Assembly: GCA_963729715.1 (NCBI GenBank)
Contig: CAVSPA010000009.1
Span: forward strand, 1 to 64,000
From: an uncultured delta proteobacterium
GTDB lineage: Bacteria; Desulfobacterota; Syntrophia; Syntrophales; UBA2185
Length of the DNA stretch: 64,000 bases
Direction: 5' to 3'
Shown here: in pieces, positions 9,612 through 20,223 of the stretch
Layout of the letters: every line of letters starts with the position of its first letter
Numbering within the stretch: the first letter of the stretch is position 1
The notes under the pieces: model-generated
The model's input: only the letters and a program-made list of their open reading frames with translations
Told to the model about the DNA's origin: nothing
The model's database searches: none
Made by a program: the position numbers and the translations under genes

Positions 9612-9651
9612 TGTTCCATTATGAAACAGGCAACGATTAATTATTGGAACA
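9612..9651. promoter_or_regulatory. Putative bEBP upstream activator sites
   Basis: TGTTCCATTATGAAACA palindrome plus TGGAACA half-site, about 95 bp upstream of the sigma54 motif. Confidence 0.65.
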
Positions 9652-9740
9652 TAACGTGGGTGTGAATGGAATTGCAATTCGAGATTGTCTTCTCCTCAAG
9701 AAAAAGGAGGTTATGCGACAATTAAATGTTACAATTCACA

Positions 9741-11765
9741 TTATGATCGGCTGTATTCTTCAAGTTTGCGATAAAGGGTAGTCCTTCCGATTTTCAGTCT
9801 TCGAGCGACTTCTTTTTTGGGGATATTCATGTTGAGTAATTTGATAATCACTCGTCGTTCCATTTCTTTCGGTGATTCGATATCCTCCTTAAATTCGGTA
9901 GAAAGCTGCTGGAAAATCCCGACAGGAATGAGATCCACTGTTAATTCGGTCGTGTGTGCTAATGTAAGCATGCGTTCTATAACATTCTGCAATTCTCTGA
10001 CATTTCCAGGCCACGGATAATTCATGAACCTCTCGATCACATTCTTGCTCACTTTGTCGATTTTCTTGCCCATGGCTTGTCCATATTTTTTGGTGAATAA
10101 GTACACGAGGAGTGGGATATCATCAGCCCTCTCTCTCAGTGGGATTATGTTGAGAGTGAAGACATTAAGGCGGTAGTATAGGTCATCCCGAAAATTCCCT
10201 TTCCTGACTTCTTCTTCGATATTCTTATTAGTGGCTGCAATTATGCGGACGTCGACAGGCTTAATGTGTGTCCCGCCAATGCGAACGACAGACTTGTCTT
10301 CTATGACCCTGAGAAGAACAGCCTGCAACTCAAGAGGCATTTCTGCAATTTCATCGAGAAAGATGGTGCCGCCGTCAGCCAACTCAAACTTCCCTTGACG
10401 TCCGCCCCGCCGTGAACCGGTGAAAGCACCATCCGCATAGCCGAAGAGTTCACTGCTGATCAGGTCTCTCGGTATGGCAGCGCAGTTAATGGCCAGGTAA
10501 GGACCATTTTTGCGCATGCTGGCATTGTGGATTGCCTGGGCAAATATGTCTTTTCCAGTGCCGCTTTTGCCAAGAAGAAGGACATTGGTATTGCTCCGGG
10601 AAACCATTTTTGCCTGTTTAATGATATCCAAAAATCTTGAATTGATCCCGCAGATATCTTCAAACTTGAAATTTGCCTTTGCGCCGATCATTTTGGTGAC
10701 GAGAGTTTTCGCCCTTTTGATTTCATTCAGAATCAGAATTTTTCCGATAACCTTTCCATACTGAGAATGAATTGGATTGCAAGTCAAGGTGTATTCGTTG
10801 AATTCAGGACCGGAGAAAATCTTCACTTCAGCATCAGTCAGCGTCTCATTTTTATTAATCAGATTTAAGAACGGCTCGTTCTGTTCACCAAAAATGGCCT
10901 TTATATGTTTCTCTTCGGAAAGTTTGAAATTCCCTGAAAACATCTTCTTTGCATTATCGTTAATAAGCGAAATATAGCCTCCATCATCAATCGTAATCAA
11001 CGCCTCGGGTATTGACGAGATGACCGTCTTTTGGAAAGAGTTGGCTAATTGGACTTCCTTCAAAGCCTTTCTCGTGCGCAACTCATTTTCAATAGCTTGA
11101 GCCGCTGCCACTGCCATGCCTAGTGTGTGTGGGTTCGCTTTGTAATATCGTCCTGAAAGATTGATTCCGCCGATGAATTTCCTCTCTGGGTCAAAAATTG
11201 GTGCAGCGGAACAAGTTTCCTTGTGGTAATATTTACGATAATGTTGGCATCCAAAGATCTGGATAGGTTTTTTCAATTCCACGACCGATCCTACTGCGTT
11301 GGTTCCTGCATGCTCCTCTCTCAATGATGCACCGAGAACGAAGTTTCCATTCTTGACGTACTGGATAATATCATCGTCCCCTATCATTTCCAATACTAGG
11401 CCTTTGGCATCGAAGAGAGCTACAAGAAATCCTGACCCCTTGAAGAATTGATAAAGATTCTTCATGAAGGGCAGGCTGACTTCAATAAACTCCTGATTAC
11501 GTCTCAGCAGTTTCTGCAATTTATCTTTTGCGAGCACCTCATCGATTTTTCGACCCGTCGAATCGAGCCCAATTTTCCTACATCGATTCCAAGAATCCAA
11601 AATATCATTAGGGATGTCAGAACAGTCAATCGTCGGGTCGCCGCTAATAAATTTTTTCCATTCCTTCAAAGTTCTCTGATACTTCTCTCTATAGTTCAAC
11701 TCCCTCTCGTTTGGCTCATCCCATGGATAAAGGAATCCTGACGAATCATTCACTAAAATATCCAT
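9741..11765 (-). CDS. sigma54-dependent activator, AcoR-like (GAF-PAS-AAA-HTH)
   Basis: SWNRC, AGTNAVG, CSAAPI GAF motifs; GKSGTGKD, GAFTGS, FLDEI, WPGNVREL, GRTTLYRKL. Confidence 0.93.
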   Translation of the reverse strand: MDILVNDSSGFLYPWDEPNERELNYREKYQRTLKEWKKFISGDPTIDCSDIPNDILDSWNRCRKIGLDSTGRKIDEVLAKDKLQKLLRRNQEFIEVSLPFMKNLYQFFKGSGFLVALFDAKGLVLEMIGDDDIIQYVKNGNFVLGASLREEHAGTNAVGSVVELKKPIQIFGCQHYRKYYHKETCSAAPIFDPERKFIGGINLSGRYYKANPHTLGMAVAAAQAIENELRTRKALKEVQLANSFQKTVISSIPEALITIDDGGYISLINDNAKKMFSGNFKLSEEKHIKAIFGEQNEPFLNLINKNETLTDAEVKIFSGPEFNEYTLTCNPIHSQYGKVIGKILILNEIKRAKTLVTKMIGAKANFKFEDICGINSRFLDIIKQAKMVSRSNTNVLLLGKSGTGKDIFAQAIHNASMRKNGPYLAINCAAIPRDLISSELFGYADGAFTGSRRGGRQGKFELADGGTIFLDEIAEMPLELQAVLLRVIEDKSVVRIGGTHIKPVDVRIIAATNKNIEEEVRKGNFRDDLYYRLNVFTLNIIPLRERADDIPLLVYLFTKKYGQAMGKKIDKVSKNVIERFMNYPWPGNVRELQNVIERMLTLAHTTELTVDLIPVGIFQQLSTEFKEDIESPKEMERRVIIKLLNMNIPKKEVARRLKIGRTTLYRKLEEYSRS

Positions 11766-11814
11766 TTACCAAGTCCCCCTGAGGAAATTTCATCCTGCAA
11801 AGATGAACATCATG

Positions 11815-11853
11815 TGTTCCATAACGGAACATATAATGTTCTATTATGGAAAC
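11815..11853. promoter_or_regulatory. Tandem putative bEBP activator sites
   Basis: TGTTCCATAACGGAACA and TGTTCTATTATGGAAAC, 22 bp apart. Confidence 0.7.
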
Positions 11854-11940
11854 CTCCAAAAATCACAGGAAAGGAAGAAATGCAAGCGAAAAATATAATA
11901 TTTAATAAACACAATGACATAATGAGATGAGATGGCTTGA

Positions 11941-11956
11941 GGGCATAAAAGATGCA
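11941..11956 (+). promoter_or_regulatory. sigma54 -24/-12 promoter of the MFS-ACAD operon
   Basis: GGGCATAAAAGATGCA, GG-N10-GC. Confidence 0.7.
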
Positions 11957-12234
11957 GCCACACGGAGAAATTTCATTTTAAGGACAAGAATTGCCAGGTG
12001 ACACTAGAATGTACCTGGAGAGATTACAGTTAATGGCGAGGCCTTCATTGTCTAGAATGACTGGATGCTTTTTATTTACAGAGGGGCAAGAAAATTCTGT
12101 TTTGCGGAAGGCGTAATCAGAATATCCGCATTTTTTTGTCCGGTTTTCGTGAAGAAGTAATGATGAAATTTTTCATGTGACGGTAAGAACCTATTAGATG
12201 TTTATTGAAGTGAGATAGAAAGGAGGGAAGGATA

Positions 12235-13500
12235 ATGTCAATTGAGGAAAAAGAAAAAATCATCGGTACTAATAAAAACGCTAAATGGGTGGTGCTGTCT
12301 GGGACCTCACTGGCTTACATGTTCGATGCAACCGATTTTCTAGTCCTTGCATTGGGAATCCCATTGCTCATGAAGTCTTTGGGATTGACCTTGGTCGAAG
12401 CCGGTGCTGTTGCATCTTCTACAATGTTCGGGGCTGCCATCGCCAGTTTTATTTGGGGACCGATCATGGATAAGGTGGGTCGCAAAAAGGCCTTGGCCTT
12501 TATCCTTACTTGGTTCGGCATCTGGACTTTTATATGTGGACTTTCTCAGAATTATACACAATTGCTTATTTTTAGATTTCTTTGTGGGCTCGGTCTCGGA
12601 GGCGTATGGGCCATATGCGGCACAATGATAACGGAATTTTTCCCGGCTAACCAGAGAGCCAAGAGCACATCCGTAATACAGAGCTTTTGGGCTGTCGGAT
12701 ACGGCGTTGCCATTGGAATACAGATCTGGCTTGTGCCTATTTTTGGATGGCAAGGCCTATTCTTCGGCGGGTCAGCAGCCATTTTAGTTGCTATATATAT
12801 TTATTTCTTTGTCCCGGAATCTCCTGCCTGGCTTAAAATTCACCAAGAAAGAGCTCACGAAAAGACTAAAACCTTATCCCAAGCGGCAGAAAAAAAAGCT
12901 GCTGAGAAATGGACGGTACTTTTTAAAGGCGATAACTTGAAGCCGACCATCCTTGCAACCCTGCTCAGTATTTTTTTGATGATGGAATACTGGGGCTCCG
13001 CTACATGGATTCCAGCTTATCTTGCCCAAGTGCGTGGCCAGAATGTAAAGGCCATGAGCGGATACCTCCTTTATTTTAACGTATTTGGGTTTTTCGGATA
13101 TTACTTATATGGCTGGTTTGCTGACAAAGTCGGCAGGAGATGGAATTTTATTATCGGTGGTATTGTAGGAGCTGTTCTTACAATCGTTTGGATTAAACAG
13201 AGCTCCGCAGCGGGTGTATTCTGGGTTGGTATGGCTTACGCCTTTTTTAGTTATGGAGTCTTCGGCCCATGGGGGGCGTTCGTTGCCGAACAGTTCAACG
13301 ATGCCCGTTATCGTGGAACTGGAACGTCTATCGCATACGGTTGCGGAAGAGTCGCTACCGTTATAATCCCTGTAGTCCTGGGTGCCGTAGCTACTAAATT
13401 TGATTTGGGAATCGCTATCGGGTGTGTAGCTGCATTTTTTGCCTTGACTGCGGTGACAGCATTTTTCATGAGAGAAACAAAAGATATGGTATTTAAATAA
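12235..13500 (+). CDS. MFS transporter (carboxylate/aromatic acid type)
   Basis: About 12 TM segments; GPIMDKVGRK, GWFADKVGRR, VPESP. Confidence 0.93.
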   Translation: MSIEEKEKIIGTNKNAKWVVLSGTSLAYMFDATDFLVLALGIPLLMKSLGLTLVEAGAVASSTMFGAAIASFIWGPIMDKVGRKKALAFILTWFGIWTFICGLSQNYTQLLIFRFLCGLGLGGVWAICGTMITEFFPANQRAKSTSVIQSFWAVGYGVAIGIQIWLVPIFGWQGLFFGGSAAILVAIYIYFFVPESPAWLKIHQERAHEKTKTLSQAAEKKAAEKWTVLFKGDNLKPTILATLLSIFLMMEYWGSATWIPAYLAQVRGQNVKAMSGYLLYFNVFGFFGYYLYGWFADKVGRRWNFIIGGIVGAVLTIVWIKQSSAAGVFWVGMAYAFFSYGVFGPWGAFVAEQFNDARYRGTGTSIAYGCGRVATVIIPVVLGAVATKFDLGIAIGCVAAFFALTAVTAFFMRETKDMVFK

Positions 13501-13625
13501 ATCGGTGCAAGCAAAACCATTTCAAACGCATCCTGAACGGACGGGAGTTAGGTATATCGGGTCCTAAGCACCCGGCTTTTCGGAATCCGGCATTTTGAAC
13601 AAAGTATTTCGAAGGAGTTATAAAT

Positions 13626-14786
13626 ATGGATTTCAATTTCAGTGAAGATCACATCATGTTGAGGGAAAGCGTTCGCAACTTTGCCGCAAAGGAAATCTGG
13701 CCCATCGCCGAGGAGATCGATGAAGAGGATAAGTGGCCCGATGGCATGTGGCAGAAACTGGCAAACCTAGGAGTCATGGGGATTACCGTCGATGAGGAGT
13801 ATGGTGGCGCCGGAGCGGACCTGCTTTCCGCGGTCATCGTGCTGGAGGAGCTTTCAAAGGCCAGCCCGGCCGTCGCACTGTCCTGGGGGGCCCATGCCAA
13901 TTTGTGCTGCAACAATCTGAACCACAACGCAAACTCCGAGCAGAAGAGGAAATACCTCCCGCCCCTTTGCTCCGCACAGCACATTGGGGCGCTCGGTCTC
14001 ACCGAGCCCAATGCGGGTTCGGACGCGGTGAATATCCAGACTATGGCGGTAAGGAAGGGCGACCATTATGTTGTGAACGGGACCAAGATGTTTATCACGA
14101 ACGGGACGCAGGCAGACACGATCGTCCTTTATGCAAAAACAGACAGGGAAAAGGGGGCGAAAGGCATCACAGCTTTTATCTTGGACACAAAAACTCCGGG
14201 GTTCTCTGTTTCCAAGAAATTGAAAAAATTAGGCCACCGTGGTTCGTCGACTGCCGAACTCATTCTGGAGGATTGCAGGATTCCAGCCGAGAATGTCATC
14301 GGAGAGGAAAATGCCGGGATCCGGGTCATGATGTCCGGTCTTGACGTGGAAAGGGCTTTCTACGCCGGAGAACCCATCGGGATCGCAGAAACATGTCTCG
14401 AACTCTCACTGAAATACGCACGGGAGCGGGTTCAGTTCGGAAAACCGATCGGCGCATTTCAGCTCATCCAGGCAAAGCTTGCAGACATGTACACCCAAAT
14501 TGAAGCCGGGAAAATGCTCTGCTATAAGGCGGCCATGCTCGCTGACCAAGCTAGAAAAGGCGGAAAGGGAACGGAGATCCATAAACTGGCAGCAGCATCA
14601 ATTCTTTTTAACGCGGAAATGGCTCATCGTATAGCCGATCAAGCTGTACAGATCCATGGTGGTTATGGCTACATGCTCGAATACCCTGTGCAGCGCTTCC
14701 TTAGGGACTCAAAGCTAATTGAGATCGGCGCCGGTACTTCTGAGATTCGGCGCCTCATCATCGGCAGAGAGCTCCTGAAAATGTGA
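13626..14786 (+). CDS. Acyl-CoA dehydrogenase (isovaleryl-CoA DH-like)
   Basis: LTEPNAGSD, GTKMFITN, GLDVERA, GGYGY, EIGAGTSEI. Confidence 0.93.
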   Translation: MDFNFSEDHIMLRESVRNFAAKEIWPIAEEIDEEDKWPDGMWQKLANLGVMGITVDEEYGGAGADLLSAVIVLEELSKASPAVALSWGAHANLCCNNLNHNANSEQKRKYLPPLCSAQHIGALGLTEPNAGSDAVNIQTMAVRKGDHYVVNGTKMFITNGTQADTIVLYAKTDREKGAKGITAFILDTKTPGFSVSKKLKKLGHRGSSTAELILEDCRIPAENVIGEENAGIRVMMSGLDVERAFYAGEPIGIAETCLELSLKYARERVQFGKPIGAFQLIQAKLADMYTQIEAGKMLCYKAAMLADQARKGGKGTEIHKLAAASILFNAEMAHRIADQAVQIHGGYGYMLEYPVQRFLRDSKLIEIGAGTSEIRRLIIGRELLKM

Positions 14787-14795
14787 GGGAAGGTG

Positions 14796-15260
14796 ATGGG
14801 AAGAGAATTCGAATATCTCGATGATTATGCTGTCGGCGACAAATTCGTCTCTCCGGCAAGGACGATCACCGAAACGGATATCGTAAACTTTGCCGCATTC
14901 ACAGGGGATTGGCACCCGCTGCATACCAATGTTGAATATGCGGCGAAGACGCCTTTCAAAGAGAGAATCGCCCACGGCATGTTGACCCTGTGCGTGGGGA
15001 TGGCCCTGCCTTTCCGGTTGGGGATGTATTCGAGCATCCTTCCACGTTCTTTCATTGCCTTTTACGGGATGGAGTCTGTTCGCTTCACTGCTCCGACGAA
15101 GATCGGGGATACGATTCACTGCGAGATGGAAGTTACGGAGATCGTCGATAAAGGAAAAGGCAGGGGTGTTTTAACCACACAAAATCTGATCATGAATCAG
15201 AGAGGCGAAACATTGGCATCCTATGTTACCAAGGTACTGTGCGGAAAGAAGCCCGCATAG
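14796..15260 (+). CDS. MaoC-family (R)-enoyl-CoA hydratase
   Basis: FAAFTGDWHPLH...IAHG. Confidence 0.92.
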   Translation: MGREFEYLDDYAVGDKFVSPARTITETDIVNFAAFTGDWHPLHTNVEYAAKTPFKERIAHGMLTLCVGMALPFRLGMYSSILPRSFIAFYGMESVRFTAPTKIGDTIHCEMEVTEIVDKGKGRGVLTTQNLIMNQRGETLASYVTKVLCGKKPA

Positions 15261-15473
15261 CCTTGATGGACAGTATCCGGCTGTACTCGAGCTTTTATGG
15301 GAAAATGGAATGGCAACAAAGGAGGAAGACTTTCAAGGCTCCTGTCCGGCCTATGGCAAATTGCTAACCAGCAGTACGGTTCGTAGGTTGAAAAGATATG
15401 GAGGTCACTATAAAGGCGCTTCTGATGGGAAGCGAAGACGTATTTTGAGAAATTACTAAAAGGAGAAGAGCAC

Positions 15474-15950
15474 ATGGGCGTAACATCTGTTGAATTGGGA
15501 AACACGGGTACTCTGATGTATCCAAGTCGTGTAAAACTGCCATGTACCTGGCACGTCGGAACAACAGGCAGCAGGTTCTATATGGAATTGAAGGACAACT
15601 GCCAAATTTGGGGCACAAAATGCCCCCAATGCGATTTCGTATATGTGCCTCCAAAATCAACCTGCCCGCGATGCTTCAGCGACATCAACGAGTGGATAGA
15701 GATCGGGAGAGTCGGGACTTTACTGACATACACTCAGGTTCATTATTCAGTTCCCGGTATCCAGCCGGAGAAGCCACCATATTTTCTCGGCATTATAAAG
15801 CTGGACGGTGCTAGCACGGGTCTAGTTCATCTTCTGGGCGAAGTAGATATCGCGGAACTCAACACCGGGATAAGGATGCAAGCCGTATTTCGCAAGAAAC
15901 GGGAGGGAAACTATCTGGATATCAAATATTTCCGTCCGGTCAAATCTTAA
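15474..15950 (+). CDS. DUF35 Zn-ribbon/OB-fold protein
   Basis: CPQC...PP...CPRC followed by OB fold. Confidence 0.9.
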   Translation: MGVTSVELGNTGTLMYPSRVKLPCTWHVGTTGSRFYMELKDNCQIWGTKCPQCDFVYVPPKSTCPRCFSDINEWIEIGRVGTLLTYTQVHYSVPGIQPEKPPYFLGIIKLDGASTGLVHLLGEVDIAELNTGIRMQAVFRKKREGNYLDIKYFRPVKS

Positions 15951-15989
15951 GCGTTCTAAAGTAAATAGAATCTAACCAGGAGGACAGCT

Positions 15990-17126
15990 GTGAATAAAGT
16001 AGCGATTATTGGTACAGCGCAGACAAAGTATCAAAAGGACAATCCGGCATCACGCGCCGAAATGGCCTTTGAAGTTACCAGCAAGGCGCTGGAAGATGCC
16101 GGACTGACAATTAAGGATGTAGATAACACTGTGACGCTTTGCAATGATTACTGGGATGGACGCACGATATCCTGCATAGCCCTTACGGAGGCGACCGGCT
16201 CTGATAAGGTACATACCACCAATATTTCAGGAGATGGTGCATATGGTGCCCTGATGGGCATGATGCGGATTTTATCAGGCCATTTTAAAATTTCGCTCGT
16301 AGTTGCAGAAAGCAAGGGATCAGAATCAGTCCCCGGCATAATCACGAACGCCATGTTCGATCCTATTTACGAACGCATGCTGGGAATCGACGCCGTCAGT
16401 TCGGCCGCCCTGCAGGCGCGGAGGTACATGTCCAAGTATGCTCCGACCGTAGAACAATTCGCCATGGTATCGGTCAAAAATCATAAGAATGCGAAGAACA
16501 ACCCGTATGCTCATTTGCCCATGGATATTACTGTCGAAGATGTGATGAACTCAAAAGTTCTGGCGGACCCCATAAAGCTTTACGACAGTTCGCCCGTTTC
16601 CGATGGAGCCTGTGCCCTGATACTGGCCGAAGAAAGCGTGGCCATGGAAAAATGTCAAAAACCGGTCTGGATAAAGGGCGTGGGAGCATCAACCGACTTT
16701 TATCACCTGGGTGATCGGGATCTGGCAGAAAGTGAGTCTTTGATATCTGCGGCTAAAAAAGCGTATGCCATGGCAGGAATATCCGCTCCATTGAAAGAAA
16801 TCGATGTAGCCGAAGTCTATGACGCTTTTTCCTATATGGAGCTCATGTGGATGGAAGGGCTGGGACTGGTGGAACGAGGCAAGGCCGGCTCTGCAATCGA
16901 GAAAGGGTTAACGCAGATGAACGGTTCCTTGCCGATCAACCCCTCGGGTGGAGTGCTGTCGTCTCATGCGATACTGGTGGCCGGACTAGCTAGGATAGCA
17001 GAAGCAGCGTTGCAGTTAAGAGGAGAGGCTGGAGCCCGGCAAGTGGAAGGGGTCAGCACGGCTTTGGCACACGGCACTGTGGGTGCCTGCGGGCAGGGTC
17101 ACTGCGTATTCATACTTGGCAGGTAA
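15990..17126 (+). CDS. SCP-x-type thiolase-fold protein, Ltp4-like
   Basis: NPYAH, SDGA, INPSGG; no nucleophilic Cys; GDGAYG segment as in Ltp4. Confidence 0.85.
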   Translation: MNKVAIIGTAQTKYQKDNPASRAEMAFEVTSKALEDAGLTIKDVDNTVTLCNDYWDGRTISCIALTEATGSDKVHTTNISGDGAYGALMGMMRILSGHFKISLVVAESKGSESVPGIITNAMFDPIYERMLGIDAVSSAALQARRYMSKYAPTVEQFAMVSVKNHKNAKNNPYAHLPMDITVEDVMNSKVLADPIKLYDSSPVSDGACALILAEESVAMEKCQKPVWIKGVGASTDFYHLGDRDLAESESLISAAKKAYAMAGISAPLKEIDVAEVYDAFSYMELMWMEGLGLVERGKAGSAIEKGLTQMNGSLPINPSGGVLSSHAILVAGLARIAEAALQLRGEAGARQVEGVSTALAHGTVGACGQGHCVFILGR

Positions 17127-17160
17127 ATATCCAAATAGGACCAAATATAAGGAGCGACAA

Positions 17161-18327
17161 ATGGGAGAGAGAGTAGCAATCGTCGGAGTAGGACAGACAC
17201 ACCATAAATCGAAAAATCTTGAATGCTGCGGTCAAGAGTTAATTAATATAGCTGTAAGAAGAGCGCTTGCCAGTGCAGAGCTTACTATGAAGGACATTGA
17301 TGCTATTGTCCTTGGCAATATGGACCTGTTTGAGATGATTAACCACACCGATATGTGGAGCGTGGACGGGTCGGGCGCCTACATGAAACCGATCATGAAA
17401 ATATGTACGGGAGGAGAAACGGGCAGTTCTACAGGGCATGCAGCTTTCTTTCATGCAGCATCCGGTCTGTTCCCTACAGTGCTGGCTATCGGCTGGGAAC
17501 AGAACTCGCAGTCCGATACGACCGCTGCCATTGCAACTCACTGTGATCCAATCGTTGAGCGTGATTTCTATGCTGGCGCCATAGGAGGGCTTGCCGCTAC
17601 ATACACCGCTTATATGGGAAAACACGGGGCCACAGAAGAAGACGCTGCCATGGTCTCAGTGCGGGACCATAACAATGCGGCTCTCTATAATCCTTACGCA
17701 CACCTACGAACCAAGATCACCATCGAAGACGTCATGAAGTCACCCTATATCTCCTATCCGTTGAAGATGCTCGATATGTGTCCCAGGAGTGACGGCGCCT
17801 GTGCTGTGATCTTTGCTGAGGAAAGAATGGCCAAGAAGATCTGCGCCAAGCCCGCTTGGGTAATCGGGCTTGGCAACAGCCATCCTCAGACGTATATCTC
17901 CGATGGGATCGGATCCACAGATTTGGTATCTCTACGGATTGCTGCGAGTCAGGCTTATAAAATGACGGGAATAAACAACCCTGTGGAAGAGATTGATGTG
18001 GCGGAGCTGTATTTACCTGCATCCACGACCGGCGTTGCATGGATGGACGCCTTGCAGTTCTGTCCTGAAGGCGGGGCTCCCAAGTTTATCAGGAGCGGCA
18101 TTACCGAGATGGGCGGAAAGTTGCCCATCAATCCCTCGGGCGGTGTAATGGCAACGAATCCTATCGGCGCAACAGGACTGATCAGAATCGGGGAAGCAGC
18201 GTTGCAGGTGATGGGCAGGGCAGAAACTCGCCAGGTTGACGGGGCCAAAGTCGCTATAGCTACAGGATTCGGCGGACATTTTTGGTCCGAAGTGACCATC
18301 ATCAGTTCGTCTCCCTATTTAGGTTAA
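17161..18327 (+). CDS. SCP-x-type thiolase-fold protein, Ltp3-like
   Basis: KPIMKICTGG, CPRSDGACA, NPIGATGLIR; AAGGAG RBS. Confidence 0.85.
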   Translation: MGERVAIVGVGQTHHKSKNLECCGQELINIAVRRALASAELTMKDIDAIVLGNMDLFEMINHTDMWSVDGSGAYMKPIMKICTGGETGSSTGHAAFFHAASGLFPTVLAIGWEQNSQSDTTAAIATHCDPIVERDFYAGAIGGLAATYTAYMGKHGATEEDAAMVSVRDHNNAALYNPYAHLRTKITIEDVMKSPYISYPLKMLDMCPRSDGACAVIFAEERMAKKICAKPAWVIGLGNSHPQTYISDGIGSTDLVSLRIAASQAYKMTGINNPVEEIDVAELYLPASTTGVAWMDALQFCPEGGAPKFIRSGITEMGGKLPINPSGGVMATNPIGATGLIRIGEAALQVMGRAETRQVDGAKVAIATGFGGHFWSEVTIISSSPYLG

Positions 18328-18346
18328 ATTCAGGAGGTAGCTAATC

Positions 18347-18814
18347 ATGAAGAATATAAAGCTTTTGGACATAACTCGCACATTCGAAATGCCCTTCAAC
18401 TATCACGCGGGCTTCAATTACAGCAAGTTGCTAAAAGAACTGAGAGACAACAAGCGGATATTCGGCATAAAGTGCTCCAAATGTCATAAGGTCTATGTGC
18501 CGCCGCGAATCGTATGCCGCGACTGTTTCCTCAAGATGGAGGAATTTGTGCCAGTGAGCGACGAAGGCAAGCTCGTTGCTTTCTCGGTCTGCAGCATCCC
18601 CTATACCGACCCCAATACCGGAGAACCGAAGAAGCTCCCGTTCACTGTGGCGTATATAAATTTGGATGGCACGGATTCGAATATCATGCATTGTTTGGAC
18701 GAGTTGGACGAAGCGAAGATCCGGACGGGTATGAAGGTGAAAGCCGTATTCAGCGAAGAAAGGACGGGCGACTACTTCTCAGACATCATGCACTTTAAGC
18801 TGATTAGCGGTTGA
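18347..18814 (+). CDS. DUF35 Zn-ribbon/OB-fold protein
   Basis: CSKC...PPR..CRDC. Confidence 0.9.
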   Translation: MKNIKLLDITRTFEMPFNYHAGFNYSKLLKELRDNKRIFGIKCSKCHKVYVPPRIVCRDCFLKMEEFVPVSDEGKLVAFSVCSIPYTDPNTGEPKKLPFTVAYINLDGTDSNIMHCLDELDEAKIRTGMKVKAVFSEERTGDYFSDIMHFKLISG

Positions 18815-19068
18815 GGTCACAGGAAAGTTTTCAGGGGGCCTTTATCGTGCCCCGTTGTTCCTTATGAATGATACCCTCTTTGCTGCTCAAATTCGAAAGC
18901 AGTATTTCAGAACGGCACTGCAGACGCCTGTGCAGTGTTAAGAGAGTTTACGCAGGATGAGCTTAAGGGTCTATCGGATGGGGGATTTGAGGGTGACCAG
19001 AAATTATTGCGGTGAAGGCAGCATTTTCCGCTTTTGGAAATTAAAAATTTAAAGAAAGGAATTCAGGC

Positions 19069-20211
19069 ATGTCAAAGCGAGTCGCAATAGTCACGGTAGC
19101 ACAGAATGCAGGGGCTGAGTCAAAAGACAATTTCTACGATCAGGCCTACCGGGTCACTAAAGAGACTCTGGACAAAGCGGGTCTAAGCAGGGAAGAGATT
19201 GGCACCATTGTCAGCGCATCCTCCGATGTCTTCCACGGAGGTATCTCCTGTGCCAATTCCTATTATTGGGAAACCACGGGGGGATTCCTGAAAAATGCGT
19301 CGCGACAGGACGGGGAATCCCTTTTTGCCTTATTCTATGGAGCCATGCGCATCATGGCAGGCGTTTATGATACGGCGCTGGTGATCGGCCTTTGCAAAGG
19401 GTCGGAAAATCCTCCCAATGATCAGTGCACGCTCATGTTTTCAGATCCCTTCTATCAGAGGACGCTAGGTTTAAATGAAACGATCGCGGCGGCCATGCAG
19501 ATGCATTTGTACATGAAGCTTTGCGGCGTTTCCTTGGAACAGTGCGCCAAGGTGGCCGTAAAAAATCTGAGCAACGGTTTAAGGAACCCTTACGCTCACC
19601 GGAAAGGTCGATACACGCTGAAGGATGTCCTGGAGTCAGAGCGGGTTGCCGGTTCAGTTACCAGTCTGCAGGTGGCTCCGAAATCGGAGGGGATGGTGGC
19701 TATGCTCCTCGCTTCGGAAAAGAAGGCTAAAGAATTGACGGATAAGCCGGTGTGGCTGAAAGGATTCGGCAGCTCCATTGATAGTTATAATCTCGGCGAC
19801 AGGGACCTCTTGGACGGGCAATTGAAAAAAGCAGCCCTTCGGGCTTACAAGATGGCCGGCATCAAGGACCCCCGGAAGAGCATCGATCTTGCGGAGGTGT
19901 GCGAGCCTTATGCTTTTCAGGAGCTCCTGTGGCTGGAAGATCTGGGCTTTTGCGGTCGAGGAGAAGGAGGAAAGCTGATCGACAGCGGGGAGACGGAATT
20001 GAGCGGCGAGTTCCCTGTCAATCCGTCCGGAGGCGTATTGTCGAATAACCCCTATGTTTCGAGGGGCCTTCAGAGAGCCGTCGAGGCATTTCTTCAGATC
20101 AGAGGCGAAGCCGGCGAAAGACAGGTCCGGAAGAAAGTAAAAACCGCATTAGCGCACGGCACACACGGCTTTGCGGGTCAGTGCCATGCAGTGGCCATTT
20201 TAGGTAGTTAG
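19069..20211 (+). CDS. SCP-x-type thiolase-fold protein, Ltp4-like
   Basis: NPYAH, VNPSGG, ALAHGT..GQCH; paralogue of 15990. Confidence 0.85.
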   Translation: MSKRVAIVTVAQNAGAESKDNFYDQAYRVTKETLDKAGLSREEIGTIVSASSDVFHGGISCANSYYWETTGGFLKNASRQDGESLFALFYGAMRIMAGVYDTALVIGLCKGSENPPNDQCTLMFSDPFYQRTLGLNETIAAAMQMHLYMKLCGVSLEQCAKVAVKNLSNGLRNPYAHRKGRYTLKDVLESERVAGSVTSLQVAPKSEGMVAMLLASEKKAKELTDKPVWLKGFGSSIDSYNLGDRDLLDGQLKKAALRAYKMAGIKDPRKSIDLAEVCEPYAFQELLWLEDLGFCGRGEGGKLIDSGETELSGEFPVNPSGGVLSNNPYVSRGLQRAVEAFLQIRGEAGERQVRKKVKTALAHGTHGFAGQCHAVAILGS

Positions 20212-20223
20212 GAGGTTATCGAT

